A stretch of DNA of 64,000 nt from positions 590,416-654,415 of the forward strand of contig RQSC01000027.1 of NCBI GenBank assembly GCA_013416795.1, written 5' to 3'. Position 1 is the first letter of the stretch, and each line of letters opens with the position of its first letter. Below the pieces are notes generated by a model. It worked only from the letters and a program-made list of their open reading frames with translations, ran no database searches and was not told the DNA's origin. This document shows, piece by piece, positions 25,094-38,939 of this stretch. Position numbers and translations under genes: made by a program. This DNA is from Prasinococcaceae sp. CCMP 1430. Its lineage: Eukaryota > Plantae > Prasinodermophyta.

Positions 25094-25498
25094 GACGGCG
25101 AGCTGCACGCCGAGCACGACGGGCGCGAGTACTACGTGAACGCCGACACGCAGGAGTCCTCGTGGGAGGTGCCGCCACAGTTTGCGTGGAAACGCCTGAA
25201 CGGCGAAACCGTGTACTACTTCAATACCATCACCGGCGAATCGCAGCGCGAGAAGCCTGAGGAGATGGGGCACGTCGACGATGAGACTGGCCGCACGTAT
25301 TGGATCGACAAGCGCACCGGCGAGCCCACGTGGGAGAGCGACCACTGGTGGACAGAGGTTACCATCGAGAGCGACGACGACCCCGACATGGTCGGCCGCA
25401 CCTATTGGCAGCAAGAGACAACCAAGGAAGTGCAGTGGGACAAGCCAGAGGTGCTGGGGTGGGTCGAGTGGTTTGATGAGGTCAAGGACGAACTCTGA
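24625..25498 (+). CDS. Predicted ER-luminal protein with tandem WW-like repeats, a signal peptide and C-terminal KDEL
   Basis: Hydrophobic ATIAAACGVALMATGTHA, then about six YY/YW...T...xWxxP units; ends DEVKDEL-stop. Intron 24889-25093. Confidence 0.75.
25053..25090 (+). repeat. 38-nt poly-G tract directly before a CAG splice acceptor
   Basis: Homopolymer seen directly. Confidence 0.95.
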
Positions 25499-26042
25499 AG
25501 TGTGCTCGTTGGCCTTCAGTCGTGTGCGGCGCGCGAAGTAGCATGCGCGCGCGCGAGGGCATGCACGAGAACAACGGGTGGAGCTGCCCACGGAACACCC
25601 ACGCACGTTAGCGCCTTCGAGGAGGAGGAGCCGCCCGCGTGTGGCATTCTTCAGCAATGCATTGTGTCCGGTCAAGCCGTACAGAGCGCCGATTCAGGAG
25701 ACAGTAAGACGCACGCAAGCATCAAGATCTCTATTTTCGCCTCGGTGTCATTTCACGAGCACACGTCGCCAGATTCTCGGCAGTGCGACGAGCGCGAGCG
25801 CGCGCAGTCAGTCTTCACTTCCATGGGCGCGTGGTTGTGCCGTACTAGCACAGCGCAAGACGCGCGCAGCCGCGCTCAATGCGCAGCGCGCCGAGGTCGT
25901 TTGTACGACTATGTACATGATCGGATCGCTCCGTAGTACTTGTTTAAATGTGTCTGTGTGGTGGCGGCGTATTCGCGCAACTAGCGGCGCGTGGCGCTGG
26001 GCGAGATATGGCGGGTTGGAGACAGGCGTTCGGGGGGGACGC

Positions 26043-28087
<2,045 letters not shown>

Positions 28088-28806
28088 GGTTGGAGGTGGG
28101 GGGAGGGCACTGAGAGTGCACGGTGTGCCACCCTACCCCCCCCGCCACCCCCCACCCATCCAACGCCCGCGCAGCGGCCCCGCGCCCCTCATGTACTGTA
28201 TGCGCTACGGTACCCACCGCGCCCCTCGTGCACCCCCGCGCCTTCGTCGGAGTCGGAGGTCAAAACGCATGCGCGCGTTCCCCGGCCCGCCGCCCGCGCG
28301 CGCCCCCTCGCGGCCACCGNTTCCCCCCCTCTTCCCCCCTCCCCCGGGGCGCACGCGTGGCCGCGCGCACTCGCGCGCACGCCCGTGCGCCGCCGCGGTC
28401 GGTCGGGGGGGTTGCGGCGCCGCTGCAGCGCGCGCGCGCTCGGGGAGCGCAGAGCCGCGATACCAGTTCTTTTTCTTCTCCAAAATTTCATCACCGACTG
28501 ACTGCCTGACAGTTGCTGCAGCTCTGTTTCGCCTTGGAATGATTGAAAATCCGCGTTTCAAGCGCCGCCATTTTCCTCGGGAACGAGGGGGAGCGACCGA
28601 CCCGATGATCCACTTTTGAAACCTCTTCGTTGACATTTTTTTTTTTCGGTGGGGGCTGGCGCCCCCCTAGCCAGGGCGGGCACGGGCGCGGGCGGGTGTT
28701 TGCGCGCGACGCGAGGGCGCGCGGCAGCGCGCGTGCTGCACACAGGCGCCGCCCGGCGCGGCGCAGCCCCGAGGGACGGGGGTGTCGCTGCGGGGAGCGG
28801 GACGCG

Positions 28807-30960
28807 ATGGCGCCCGCGGCGGCGCCGGCAGGAGGTCACGCCACGGGCGTGGCACGACCCGTGTGGTTCGACGCGGCGCGCTTCAGCGAAGGCGACTTTG
28901 AGCCCGACTCGTACATCGCGGAGCTGCGGCGCTTCGTGCCCGCGGACGACCTGCGCACGCAGCTCGACGCACACGCCGCAGAGCTGCGCGCGCAGCTCTC
29001 GGAGCTGATCAACCGCGACTACGAGGGCTTCGTGGGGCTGAGCGCCAACCTCGTTGACGTCGATGCCGCCGCCGCGCGCATGCGCGCCCCTATCGAGGAC
29101 CTGCGCGCCCGGCTGGACGACGCAGCGGGCGCTGTGAGCGGCGCGCAGCAGAAGCTTGAGGGTGCACTCCACAAAAGGGCCGAGGCCGCCGAGGCGAGAG
29201 ACACGCTCGAGCTGTTGCTCGACACCTCGAATGTTCTGTCCAAGGTTGAGAAGCTACTCGAGGAGGTCGCGCGCACGTCCTCTTCGGGCGGCGAGCAGAC
29301 AGGAGCGGCGGACTACGCGGCGCTGCTCGAGCGCGTCGCGAGCGAGGTGAACAGGCTGCAGTACTGCGCGGCGCGCGGAGCGGAGCTGCCGTTCGTCCAG
29401 GGGCTACGATCGCGGATCGAGGCGGTTGACACGCAGCTCGGGGAAATGCTGGCGCGAAGTCTGGAGGAGGGCCTCGGCCGACGCGACGCGGCCGTGCTCA
29501 CGCGCTGCTTGCACGCATACGCGGCGGTAGGCAAAGCTGCCGAGGCTGAGAGCGCCGTGCGGAGGAAGCTCGTGGCGCCACTGGTGGCGCGGTGCGTGCC
29601 AGAGGGTGGCAAGGACGACATCCGCGACCTAGATGGCGTGCTGTCGGCGGTCATCGACGCAGTGCGCAGCGAGCTGGCGTTCGTTCTCGATATCGTGGCC
29701 AAACAGGAAGCGATGTCCACCGCCTTCTGCTTCCCGGCGGGCGCCGTCCTCACCGAGGTGACCGCCGCACTGGCAGAGCGGAGGCCCGCGGCGTTCTCGT
29801 CGGGCGTGCCCTCGCATTTCCTAGAGAACTACCATGCCGGTCTCTCGTTTCTTGACAGCCTCGAGTCGCTGGCAGGGCGGCCTGGCTCGCCCGCCGCGAT
29901 CGCGTTCCGCTCGCACGAGGCCGTGGGCGCGTTCACCTCCCGTTGGAATCTGAGCGTGTACTTCACGCTGCGTTTCAAGGAGATCGCCGAGGTGTTGGAC
30001 TCGGCACTGGCCCCAGCCCACGCGGGCAGCACGGCGGCGGTCGGCGCTAGCAGCCACGGCTTCTCCCTGAAGCCCACGGCGGCGTGCTGGGATGCCATCC
30101 AACGGTGCTGGGCGGATGACGTGTACGTGCCGGGGCTGGCGGACCGCTTTCTAAAGCTGTCGCTGCAGCTGCTCGCTCGGTACCACACGTGGCTGCGGGC
30201 TGGCGTGCGTGCGAAGCGCGCCGATGTGCAGGCGGGCGACGACGCGGGTGCTGTGGACGCGCAGGGAGGTCATTGGGCGTTGGCGCTGTCGTCTGCGGAA
30301 GGCCTTCTTGTGGTGCATCACGACGCGGCCATGCTGGCCTCACGCGCGCGTCGCGAGTTTGCAGCCACCCTGCGGGCGCGGCTGGCCCACGCCCCTGAGG
30401 CAACGACGGCCGAGGTCGCTGCTGCTGTGGCTGAGGGCGCCGACGAGATCGCGGCGCAGCTGAATGATCTGGTGAATGTCGCGGTCGCCATGGTGGTCAC
30501 GCGGTGCGCTGAGGCTCTCAAGCAATTGCGCGGCATCGCAACTACGTACCGCATGACCAACAAGCCCATGCCCACGCGCCCATCGGCGTACGTTCCGACC
30601 GTGCTGAAGCCGCTCGTCGATGTCGTAGACGGTGGCAAGCGCGCGTTCCTATCGGAGGAGGCTCGGTCGCGGCTTGTGGAAGGTGTGGTGGGCGAGGTCA
30701 CCCGGCGCTACGAGGTGCTGACTCGTGAGCTCGTCAAGACGGTGTGCAAGGCTGAGAGCTCGCTTCAGCGCCTACGTAAGGTGCAGCCGGCGGAAGGCGC
30801 GGCGAGCGGGCCGTCTGACACCGAAAAGATCTGCACGCAGCTTGCTCTCGATGTGAACGAGTACGGGAGACAGCTGGCGAAGCTCGGCGTTCAGGCGGCT
30901 GAGCTGCCTGCTTATGCAGCGCTCCTCGCGGCCACCGAGAATGAGGCCGCCGCCGCGTAA
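28807..30960 (+). CDS. COG2: Conserved oligomeric Golgi complex subunit 2
   Basis: WFDAARFSEGDFEPDSYIAELRRFVP...LSELINRDYEGFVGLSANL; RWNLSVYFTLRFKEI; YRMTNKPMPTRPSAYV; SDTEKICTQLALDV. Confidence 0.92.
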   Translation: MAPAAAPAGGHATGVARPVWFDAARFSEGDFEPDSYIAELRRFVPADDLRTQLDAHAAELRAQLSELINRDYEGFVGLSANLVDVDAAAARMRAPIEDLRARLDDAAGAVSGAQQKLEGALHKRAEAAEARDTLELLLDTSNVLSKVEKLLEEVARTSSSGGEQTGAADYAALLERVASEVNRLQYCAARGAELPFVQGLRSRIEAVDTQLGEMLARSLEEGLGRRDAAVLTRCLHAYAAVGKAAEAESAVRRKLVAPLVARCVPEGGKDDIRDLDGVLSAVIDAVRSELAFVLDIVAKQEAMSTAFCFPAGAVLTEVTAALAERRPAAFSSGVPSHFLENYHAGLSFLDSLESLAGRPGSPAAIAFRSHEAVGAFTSRWNLSVYFTLRFKEIAEVLDSALAPAHAGSTAAVGASSHGFSLKPTAACWDAIQRCWADDVYVPGLADRFLKLSLQLLARYHTWLRAGVRAKRADVQAGDDAGAVDAQGGHWALALSSAEGLLVVHHDAAMLASRARREFAATLRARLAHAPEATTAEVAAAVAEGADEIAAQLNDLVNVAVAMVVTRCAEALKQLRGIATTYRMTNKPMPTRPSAYVPTVLKPLVDVVDGGKRAFLSEEARSRLVEGVVGEVTRRYEVLTRELVKTVCKAESSLQRLRKVQPAEGAASGPSDTEKICTQLALDVNEYGRQLAKLGVQAAELPAYAALLAATENEAAAA

Positions 30961-31011
30961 TGTACATAATGAACAATACTCTGACAAAGGTAGGGTGCGC
31001 AAGTGGAGGGG

Positions 31012-32034
31012 TTAGTACCTCGGGCGCACGGTCAACCGCATGAATTGATCGAGCGTGTCCTGATAGCGCGCGGTCGTCCTATTCCAGCCCGCGTGGAGAT
31101 ACGTGGCGCGGCGGGTCGTGTCAGCGCTACGCGTGCACTTTCACGCTCGAAATAGCCTGGCGGGCGCTGGCATCACACACCAGTCGTTGTCCTCACGTGC
31201 AGTCTGCACCTCGACCTCCTGCAGCCGTTTCGCCATCTCCTCGTCTGTCTCTTCCTTGGCCCTGGGCAGCTGCAGCGCCTCGCAGAGCAAATTGTACGAA
31301 AAACTAGCCAGAAAGCGTTCCATGCCCTGCCGCCCGTTGTTCCCTGCGCCGAACCCATTGCCGTCCCAGCTGTGAACCTGCGGGTCGGTGTATGCGCCGC
31401 CTGGCACGCCCTGGATGTCACATACCATCAGTAGATTGTTCGAGCGCACGTAGCTGAAGTAGCTGAAGGCCTGCGCAACCTCGTCCTCCCCATCCTCCCC
31501 GAGGCGATCTCTGTGGCCGTCATTGTCGCTGTGTTTCTTGTAGCTTCCCACGAGCATGGGCTCGACCGTGCCAAATACTCGGCCTGGCCGCTCGATGAGG
31601 TAGACGACGCTGACAGGCACGAATGCCACCGCAACGCCGGCTGCGACACCGCCTGCCCTCGCAGCCTCGCGGTTGAATGACTGGGCGTACGTGTCAGCCA
31701 CCGCCGAGCACATCGATTCAAGGAAGTATTCCTTCGGATCGCAGACGGCATTGCCGCCACGCAGCAGCGCCGGCACGTCGTCGTGGAAGAGCTTGAGGAC
31801 AGCCTTCGTGGCGCCACCTTCAGAATCGATATCGTCGCACGGGAAGCACGAGCGCATGCCACCGCGCGCAAACACCTCGGGTCGCACGCGCACTCTCCCC
31901 GACTCCTCCTCCCATCGCTCTTCGCTGGCGATGTACGTGTACTTGATGACCTGTTCGGAGCGTGGAGGGGTGGAAGGCCCCGCCGATGCTGCTGGCTGCG
32001 CCGGCGAAGAGGGCGCAGCCGCCTCAGACGCCAT
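31012..32034 (-). CDS. Alpha-kinase (eEF2K/MHCK-like); last exon boundary tentative
   Basis: FARGGMRSCF, VLKLF, VEPMLVGSYKKHSDNDG, AQAFSYFSY, LMVCDIQGV...YTDPQVHS, FGAGNNGRQGMERF...NLLCEALQL. Confidence 0.9.
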
Positions 32035-32831
32035 GGCGCCCCCGACACGTCTGCGCCGCACGTGGCTGCGGCCGGGCGCCGCGCGGCCGGCGGCGCGGCC
32101 GCTGAGCGCGGAGCGCAGGAGTTGGTCGATTCGATTGGCAACCTTGGCGCACCTCTGACGCAGGGGGGGCCAGGCGCGAGGAGTGAGGGGGAGAGGGGCG
32201 GCGCCCTCCTCCGCGCCGCCCGGCGCGCTCGCTGTGGCGCCCCTCCTGGTGTGCGCCGCCCGCCGCGCTGCCCGCGCATTTTGCTCGCGCGCTTTTTCTC
32301 GCGCCGCCGCTTTTTTTTTTCTCCAACCAATGACAGCAGACACGGGAGCCAGACGCTGGGGGGGGTGTTGACACCCGGGGCGGGCGCGGCCGCTACGGCC
32401 GCATCAGCGCACGTGACGGCCTTGGCGGGCGCGTCGAGGGCGGACGTGGACGATGCCGGGGGGGAGGGGGGCTGGAGGCTGGCCGCGCTGCGCGCGCCGG
32501 GCCAGGCAGGAGGCGCAGCGCGCGCAGGCGCGGCGGGGGTGGCGCACATAAGTATTGCAGTCATCTCTGCTCAGCCGGCGCCCGTCAGAAATTGCTGGCG
32601 CTGCCGTGCCACAGCACACGCGCGGGGCGCGCCTCGGAGGGGTAAGAGCAAAGCTCTGCCACAGGCGCGCGAGCGAGCGCGTCACGGCCTCGCTCCGCCG
32701 CGCGGCCGGGCCGCGCGCAGGGCCGGGGCACCATACGCTCGCGGTTCGCCCGGCGCGCGACTTCGGGGCGGCGTCCGCGGCGATCGCTCGCGGGTGCGTT
32801 CACCGGAGTCGCGGCAGATTCAGCGAGCGCA

Positions 32832-35800
32832 ATGGCAGGGGCTGAGAAGGAAGCCGCAGGGAGCATCAGTGACAACGAGAGGTCCGGCGGCGCCAACCGC
32901 ACCTCTGGACCTGAGGTTGGCGCAAGTGACGAAGAGGGGGCCGGCAAGGACATTGCGCGCCGCGCGATCGAAGCAGTCCTTGCAGATGTCGTAGACAGCG
33001 TGGTAGAAGACGCACGTGCGGATGACAGTGGACCTAGGGACCAGGGGCAAGCGTCTACCGACAGGGCCGAAGCAGGCCATGTGGAGGACAGGCACGATTC
33101 CTCCTCTGGTGATGCTGGCCCACAGGCACAGGACGAGGGAGAGAAGCAAGAGGCGCAACAAGAGCAAGCTGATGACGCTGATCTTTGCACAAGCAACAGT
33201 GTCGAGAGCGAGTCTGAGCCTGCCGCCGCGGGGGTAGCTGATTCTATCGGCCCTGCGTTGTCCATGCCTAGCGAGGAGTTCTCGGGGGACAATGCTCACA
33301 CACGCGAGGTTGATTCGCCATCCTCTGTCGACGCTTACGCGCCGTCTGGCCACAACAACCACCACGGAGCAATAGTAGGGCCGGCACATCAACGCGCTCT
33401 GGCCGGGGCGGCACAGCTGCTGTTAAGGTCCCTTCGCCTGATAGCCGCCGCGCCGCGCCGATGGAACCGTACGCTCGTGGCGGCGGCGGAGACTGCGCTC
33501 GAACGATCAACCAACCTTGGCGAGAGCGACGAGTTGGTGACGCTGCTAACGGACGACGACTTTCTCAACGACGCCCTGCACGCGCTGTCGCTCGCCTGCG
33601 CAGGTCGGAACCTCAAGCTGGCAATGGCGGCACTTGAAGGCCTCCAGCGAATGCTCTTACTAGGGGTGCTCGACAGCGACGTGCTCGCTGGCGGCGAGCA
33701 GCTGCTGTCTGCGCTGAAGGCTGCTGAGGCAGCCGCGAAGAACAACGAGGGGACGACCCAGCTTGCTGTGCTAGCAACAATTGTGACGGCCGTCGCTTGC
33801 ACGCGCACTGTGGCACACTCTAGTGTGTTGGAGCAGTGCGTGTCGATGAGTTTCGACCTTGCCGCGCACTCGAAGAGAGAGCCTACGCGCAGGGCTGGCC
33901 GCGCAGTACTCGATTTCGCAATACGTGTTGCTGTCGGTCGCGCCGAAGGCGCGTCGGCCTTTGCGCCGCCTGCCGGGACAGCGGCAGGGATCGCCACGGC
34001 CATTGGCAGCAACGACGCAGCTGGCACGCTCGGGACGGCCGCGCAGCTCGTGACGCTAGCGCCGCTCATGGATGCGCGCAGCGGATCGCCACAGGACACA
34101 CAGATATTCGTGACTCGCGCGCTTGAGGATGTCGCAGCTGTTCAACGCGAGGCTGAACGGGTGTGGCGTGAGGATCTCGCTGCTCGTGTGGCAACCCCGC
34201 CCCAGCCCGGCGTGGCCTCGACGGAGCTTCCGTCGCCACAGCAATTGCCGCCGGGCGGTGGCGCCTTTGTTGCGGATGTGGTGTCGGTGATGAAGGCCCT
34301 GTGCACCACAAGCGCGCAGGCGCCAGACATCGACCAGGAGGCCAAGACAGTCTCGCTGGAGGGCCTGGTGCAGATCTTGAGGCTTGCCTCGCCGCTGCTC
34401 TGCAGCGATCTGGCGTTCGTCGAAGCAGTGCGCCAGCACCTGTGCTCGACATTGCTAGCCAACTGCGCCTCACGACACGCGCGCGTCTATGAGTTGGCTG
34501 CGCAAGTGCTCCAGGAGCTCTTCATCAACATGCGCTCGGAGCTGAAGAAGGAGTGTGGCGTCTTCTACCCTACCATTTTCCTGCGTCCTCTGGAGGCAGT
34601 CTCTTCTGCAAAGACGACTGCCGTTCCGGACTCGCACGCATTGGTAGCCCTCGAGTCGGTCATGCACATCATGCGCGATCCGCAGGCTCTGGTTGATCTG
34701 TACGCGAACTTCGATTGCGACGTGGGCCAGCCGGACTTGTTTGCAGACAGCATAAACGCCATTGCAAGCATGACCAGGGCGCTGCACTCACCGTCAAGCA
34801 GGGACCTGCGCGACCCTGCCAAGGCCATGCGTATCTCGTCGGCGTGTCATGTTGCACACGAGTGTCTGGTCGACACGATCAAGGCCATCTCCGAGGCACG
34901 CTCGCGCGCACAGGCGCACACCCACGCACGAGCGCGCGCACACGCGTTCGCAAACACGCGCGCACACGTGTACACACGCGCTGACGCGCGCCCCACGCAC
35001 ACGCACCCGCACGCGCGCGCGCGCGAACACTAGTGGACGCGCATGTTCCATGCTGATACCGAGGCCAGCGGACAGCGGGCCGCGGAGTCTTCTCCCTCTC
35101 AGACGCCAAGCGAAGCCTCTGACACTCCCGACAGCACAGGTGGAGGAGTGTCGCGTCGTAGCTCGCTAATCGATCCGGCGAGCAAGATTGGCGTAGACCG
35201 CGGGGTGCAGCTCTTCAACGAGAAGCCCAGCAAAGGCATCCGATTGCTGATTGATGGGGGCTTGATCGAAGATGACCCCGAGGCGGTAGCCTCGCTGCTT
35301 CGGGTCGCGAACGGGCTGGATCCGCGTGCCATTGGTGAGTACCTTGGTGACCGCGCTCCTTTCAACGTCGAGGTCCTCGACGCTTTCGTGGCATCTGTGG
35401 ACTTTGCGGCAATGCCCTTTAGCGCGGCGCTCAGGCACTTTCTTTCTCTGTTTCGCTTACCGGGCGAGGCACAGAAGATTGACCGCATCATGGAGCGATT
35501 CGCAGCCCACTTCGTGGAGGACAATCCCGACGGCGTGCTTCAGAACGCGGATACGGCGTACGTTCTGGCATACTCCGCCATCATGCTGCACACAGACGCT
35601 CACAACCCGTCGGTCACCAAGAAAATGACCCAAGAGGCGTTTGTGTTAAACAATCGTGGCATAGACGACGGCGAAGACCTACCAAGGGACTTCTTGCTCG
35701 AGCAGTACGACGACATTGTGTCGAACGAAATCAGCCTCCATGAGGATCCGCCCGAGGGAACGAGCACCGGCGCTCATAGCGTCGGCAGTCTCGGTGGACT

Positions 35801-38800
35801 CGGCGTTATCTTCTCTGTGCTCAACGCGCAGCGCATGCGAACACTCGCCCTCGACGAGGAGGAGGCGCGCGCTAGGGAGCGTGCCAGCATGGCGCTCGTG
35901 CGTCGCGCCGCAGACACGGCTTCCGAGTTCGCTGCCGCGAGAGGGCGGACGCTGGCCGAGCCGATGATGCTCGTGGCGTGGCCCGCATTCCTGGCCGCTT
36001 TCAGTGTTGCACTCGAGGGGACGGCAGACGACGATGTCTCGGCAGATTATGCACTGGAAGGTCTGGCGGAGTGCATTCACGTCGCGTGCGCGCTCGGCAT
36101 GGACAAGGAGCGCGACCTTTTCGTGAGTGGCCTGGCAAAATTCACCCTCCTCGTCAACCAGGCAGAAATGCGCTCTAAGAATGTTCGCGCAATCCACGCG
36201 CTCATGCGCGTCGCCGTCGACAACGGCGACATGCTCGGATCGAGTTGGAGCAGCGTTCTCACGTGCGCCTCCCGTCTCGATCACCTGCGCACAATACACG
36301 ACATCGAGATCAAGATCGCTGAGCCAGACCCGCAGCACCACACAATGCACGCAGTAGGCGGCTCACAGCTCTCGCACGTCAACGTGACGCAGAAGCAAGC
36401 GCATGCGGCCATTGGTTGGGTGCTGGGAGAGGTGGACCAGGCGCTGGTCGACAGGGTCTTCACACTGTCAAAGCAGCTCAGCGCATCCGCCATCGTTAGC
36501 TTCGTCGACTGCCTCAGTCGCGTTAGCACTGACGAGCTCATGTCTTCCACGGAGCCTCGACTTTTCTCTCTTCGCAAGATCGTCGAGGTGGCCGACCACA
36601 ACATCGAGCGTATCCGCCTGACCTGGACCCGCCTGTGGCGAATCCTGTCGGCGCATTTCGAGAAGGCATGCTGCCACGCCGTCATGGACGTCGCGCTCTT
36701 TGCGGTGGACTCGCTCAGGCAGCTCGCTTCGAAGTTCCTTGAACAGGACTCTCTTGGCGGAAGCGACGCGTTCCAGAGAGATTTCCTCTCCCCGTTCGTA
36801 AATGTGTTCGAGCGCAGCCGCACCAAGGAGGTGCGCGAGCTCGTGATTCGTTGCTGTAGCCAGCTCGCCCTCGGGCACGTGGGCGAGCTGAGGGCTGGCT
36901 GGCGCAGCATGTTCGCCATCTTCGAGGCGGCGGCCGTGGATTCGGAGAAATTCATCGTTTCGCTTGCGTTCCAGACCATCGAGAAGGTGGTGCGCGAGCA
37001 TTTCGCCCGCATCTCAGATGCACACGCCTTCGGCTTCCTCGTCAGTTGCCTTGGTGCCTACGCCGCGCAGGACAAAGACCCGAATGTGTCCCTAAATGCA
37101 ATCGCGTTTCTGCGCTACTGCGCCCTCGAGGTGGCCGAGGGGGGGGTACCGGACGACGACATGGGCGACCACTCGCGAGTGGAACAGCTGCGGCAGCCGT
37201 TGAGCCCACCGAGGCACAGACAGCGCCACCGTCGCTCGGCGAGCCTGTCCAGCCCCGTCACCCCGGTGTCGAGCGGAGCGAGCACGCTGTCGTCGCGCGA
37301 GCTCGATGTGACACGCGATGAGAAGCTCTTCTGGTACCCCCTCCTTCGGACGCTGTCCGTCCTGACCCTCGACGAGCGCATGGAAGTCGCTCACGCCAGT
37401 AGCGAAGTGACAGGGGACATCCTGGACTTCCACGGCTCCCAATTTTCGTTGCCATTCTGGATGCGTGCCATGCGCCGTGTTCTCATTCCAATGTGCTGCG
37501 GCATCGCCGACGCGAGCGACTGGAAAGGGGCTGCAACTGTACGCGTGACCACCGACCTCGAGTGGATCAACACGATGTGCATGCACACGCTCGAGATTCT
37601 GGTGTCCGTCTTCGCCAAGAACTACGAGGCGCTCCACGTTGCACTTCTGAGCGACGTCGCCGGCTTCCTAGGGGCCCTCGTTCGATACAAAGAGAGTCCT
37701 GCAGTCGAAACCGTGCCCGTCATGGCGCTGGGCGCGATGCTTAAGCTCGTGGAAGCATGCGCCGAGAAGATGGACAATGAGGGGTGGGCGACAATTTTCT
37801 ACCACTTCACGGACACGCTGACGTTGCTCAGCCCGAACTATCAGGACCTTATGAACGCATACGACCAGGCTGTGCACACCCCGCCCGAGATCCCGTCCGC
37901 CCCGAAGCAGCCAATCGTTGTGAGCGCAGGAGGCGGTGACACTCCCGCCAAGAGGAGCCTTACCGACGAGGCCGCTGCAGGAGAGCACATCGACGGCGAC
38001 CATGAGGCCTCAGACTTGAAGGGGGAGGAATCGGAGGAGGACGGCGGCCCCGCCACGTCCTCGGCCGAGGACAGCGGAACATCCAAGTCATCGCAGCCCC
38101 TCATCTCGCCGGCCGCCTACGCGCGCTTCATGGCCGCCGTGCGCGAGGCACGCCGCGTGGTAGCGGTGGCGATGATGGTCGTGAGCGCGACCACGCGGAC
38201 ATTGGAGCACGCACGCGAGCACGGCGTGCCATTCAATGATATGAAGGGCGTCGTGGACGACGGCCTGGCCCGTGCTGCGACGCGTACGAGCGCCGCAATT
38301 GCGACGAAGCCTCGTCTCCGTGGAGTGCTCGCAGCGTCGCCGATAGAGGTGCCCCCGAGGCCACACCAGCGGGGGGTGAGTTCACTGCTGGAGAACGTGC
38401 TCAAGACGGAGGGCGACTGCGCATGTGCGGTCCTGGCCGTGCTCGAAAAGCTAGGCGCAGGGGACGGCAGCAGGCCGAGTGGCTCGTCCGTGACCGCCTG
38501 TGAGCGCCGGCTGTCTTCGCTGTGCGTGACATCGCTGGCGTACTTTGTCCGTGCGCTTCATGAGTACGAGGCCGCGAGCGTCGAAGACGACGGTGCCTTC
38601 GCGGTGGCCCCGGGCCTTACAACTATGCAGTCATGGGCGCTCGAGTGCAGCGCGCGCGAGAGCGGCGCGTGCTGCGCGCTGCGCGCTGCCGCGCGCATGC
38701 GCGCGAGGACGCTCGGCAGGGCGATGCCTGACCTGTGGCCGTGCCTGGCGACGCTGGCGAGGGCCGGGAGCTCGCGGGTCTCCGAGCTTGTCTCGGCGCT

Positions 38801-38873
38801 CCTCGGGGAGCGGACGGCGCTCGCCGCTGGGGCGTCAGGAGAACCCCTGGCGATGCAGATCCTCGGGGAATGA
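32832..38873 (+). CDS. Large Sec7-domain ARF guanine-nucleotide exchange factor (BIG type); GC-AG intron 34896-35033
   Basis: HUS box LYANFDCD, Sec7 LFNEKPSKGI...FRLPGEAQKIDRIMERFA...AYVLAYSAIMLHTDAHNP, and HDS motifs RLFSLRKIVEVA, FAVDSLRQLA, AIAFLRYCA. Confidence 0.95.
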
Positions 38874-38939
38874 GTGCGGCGAGGGCGTTGCGTGTCAGCC
38901 AGCTGGCAGCGTTTAACTACCCCGCTTTTGGTATCATGA

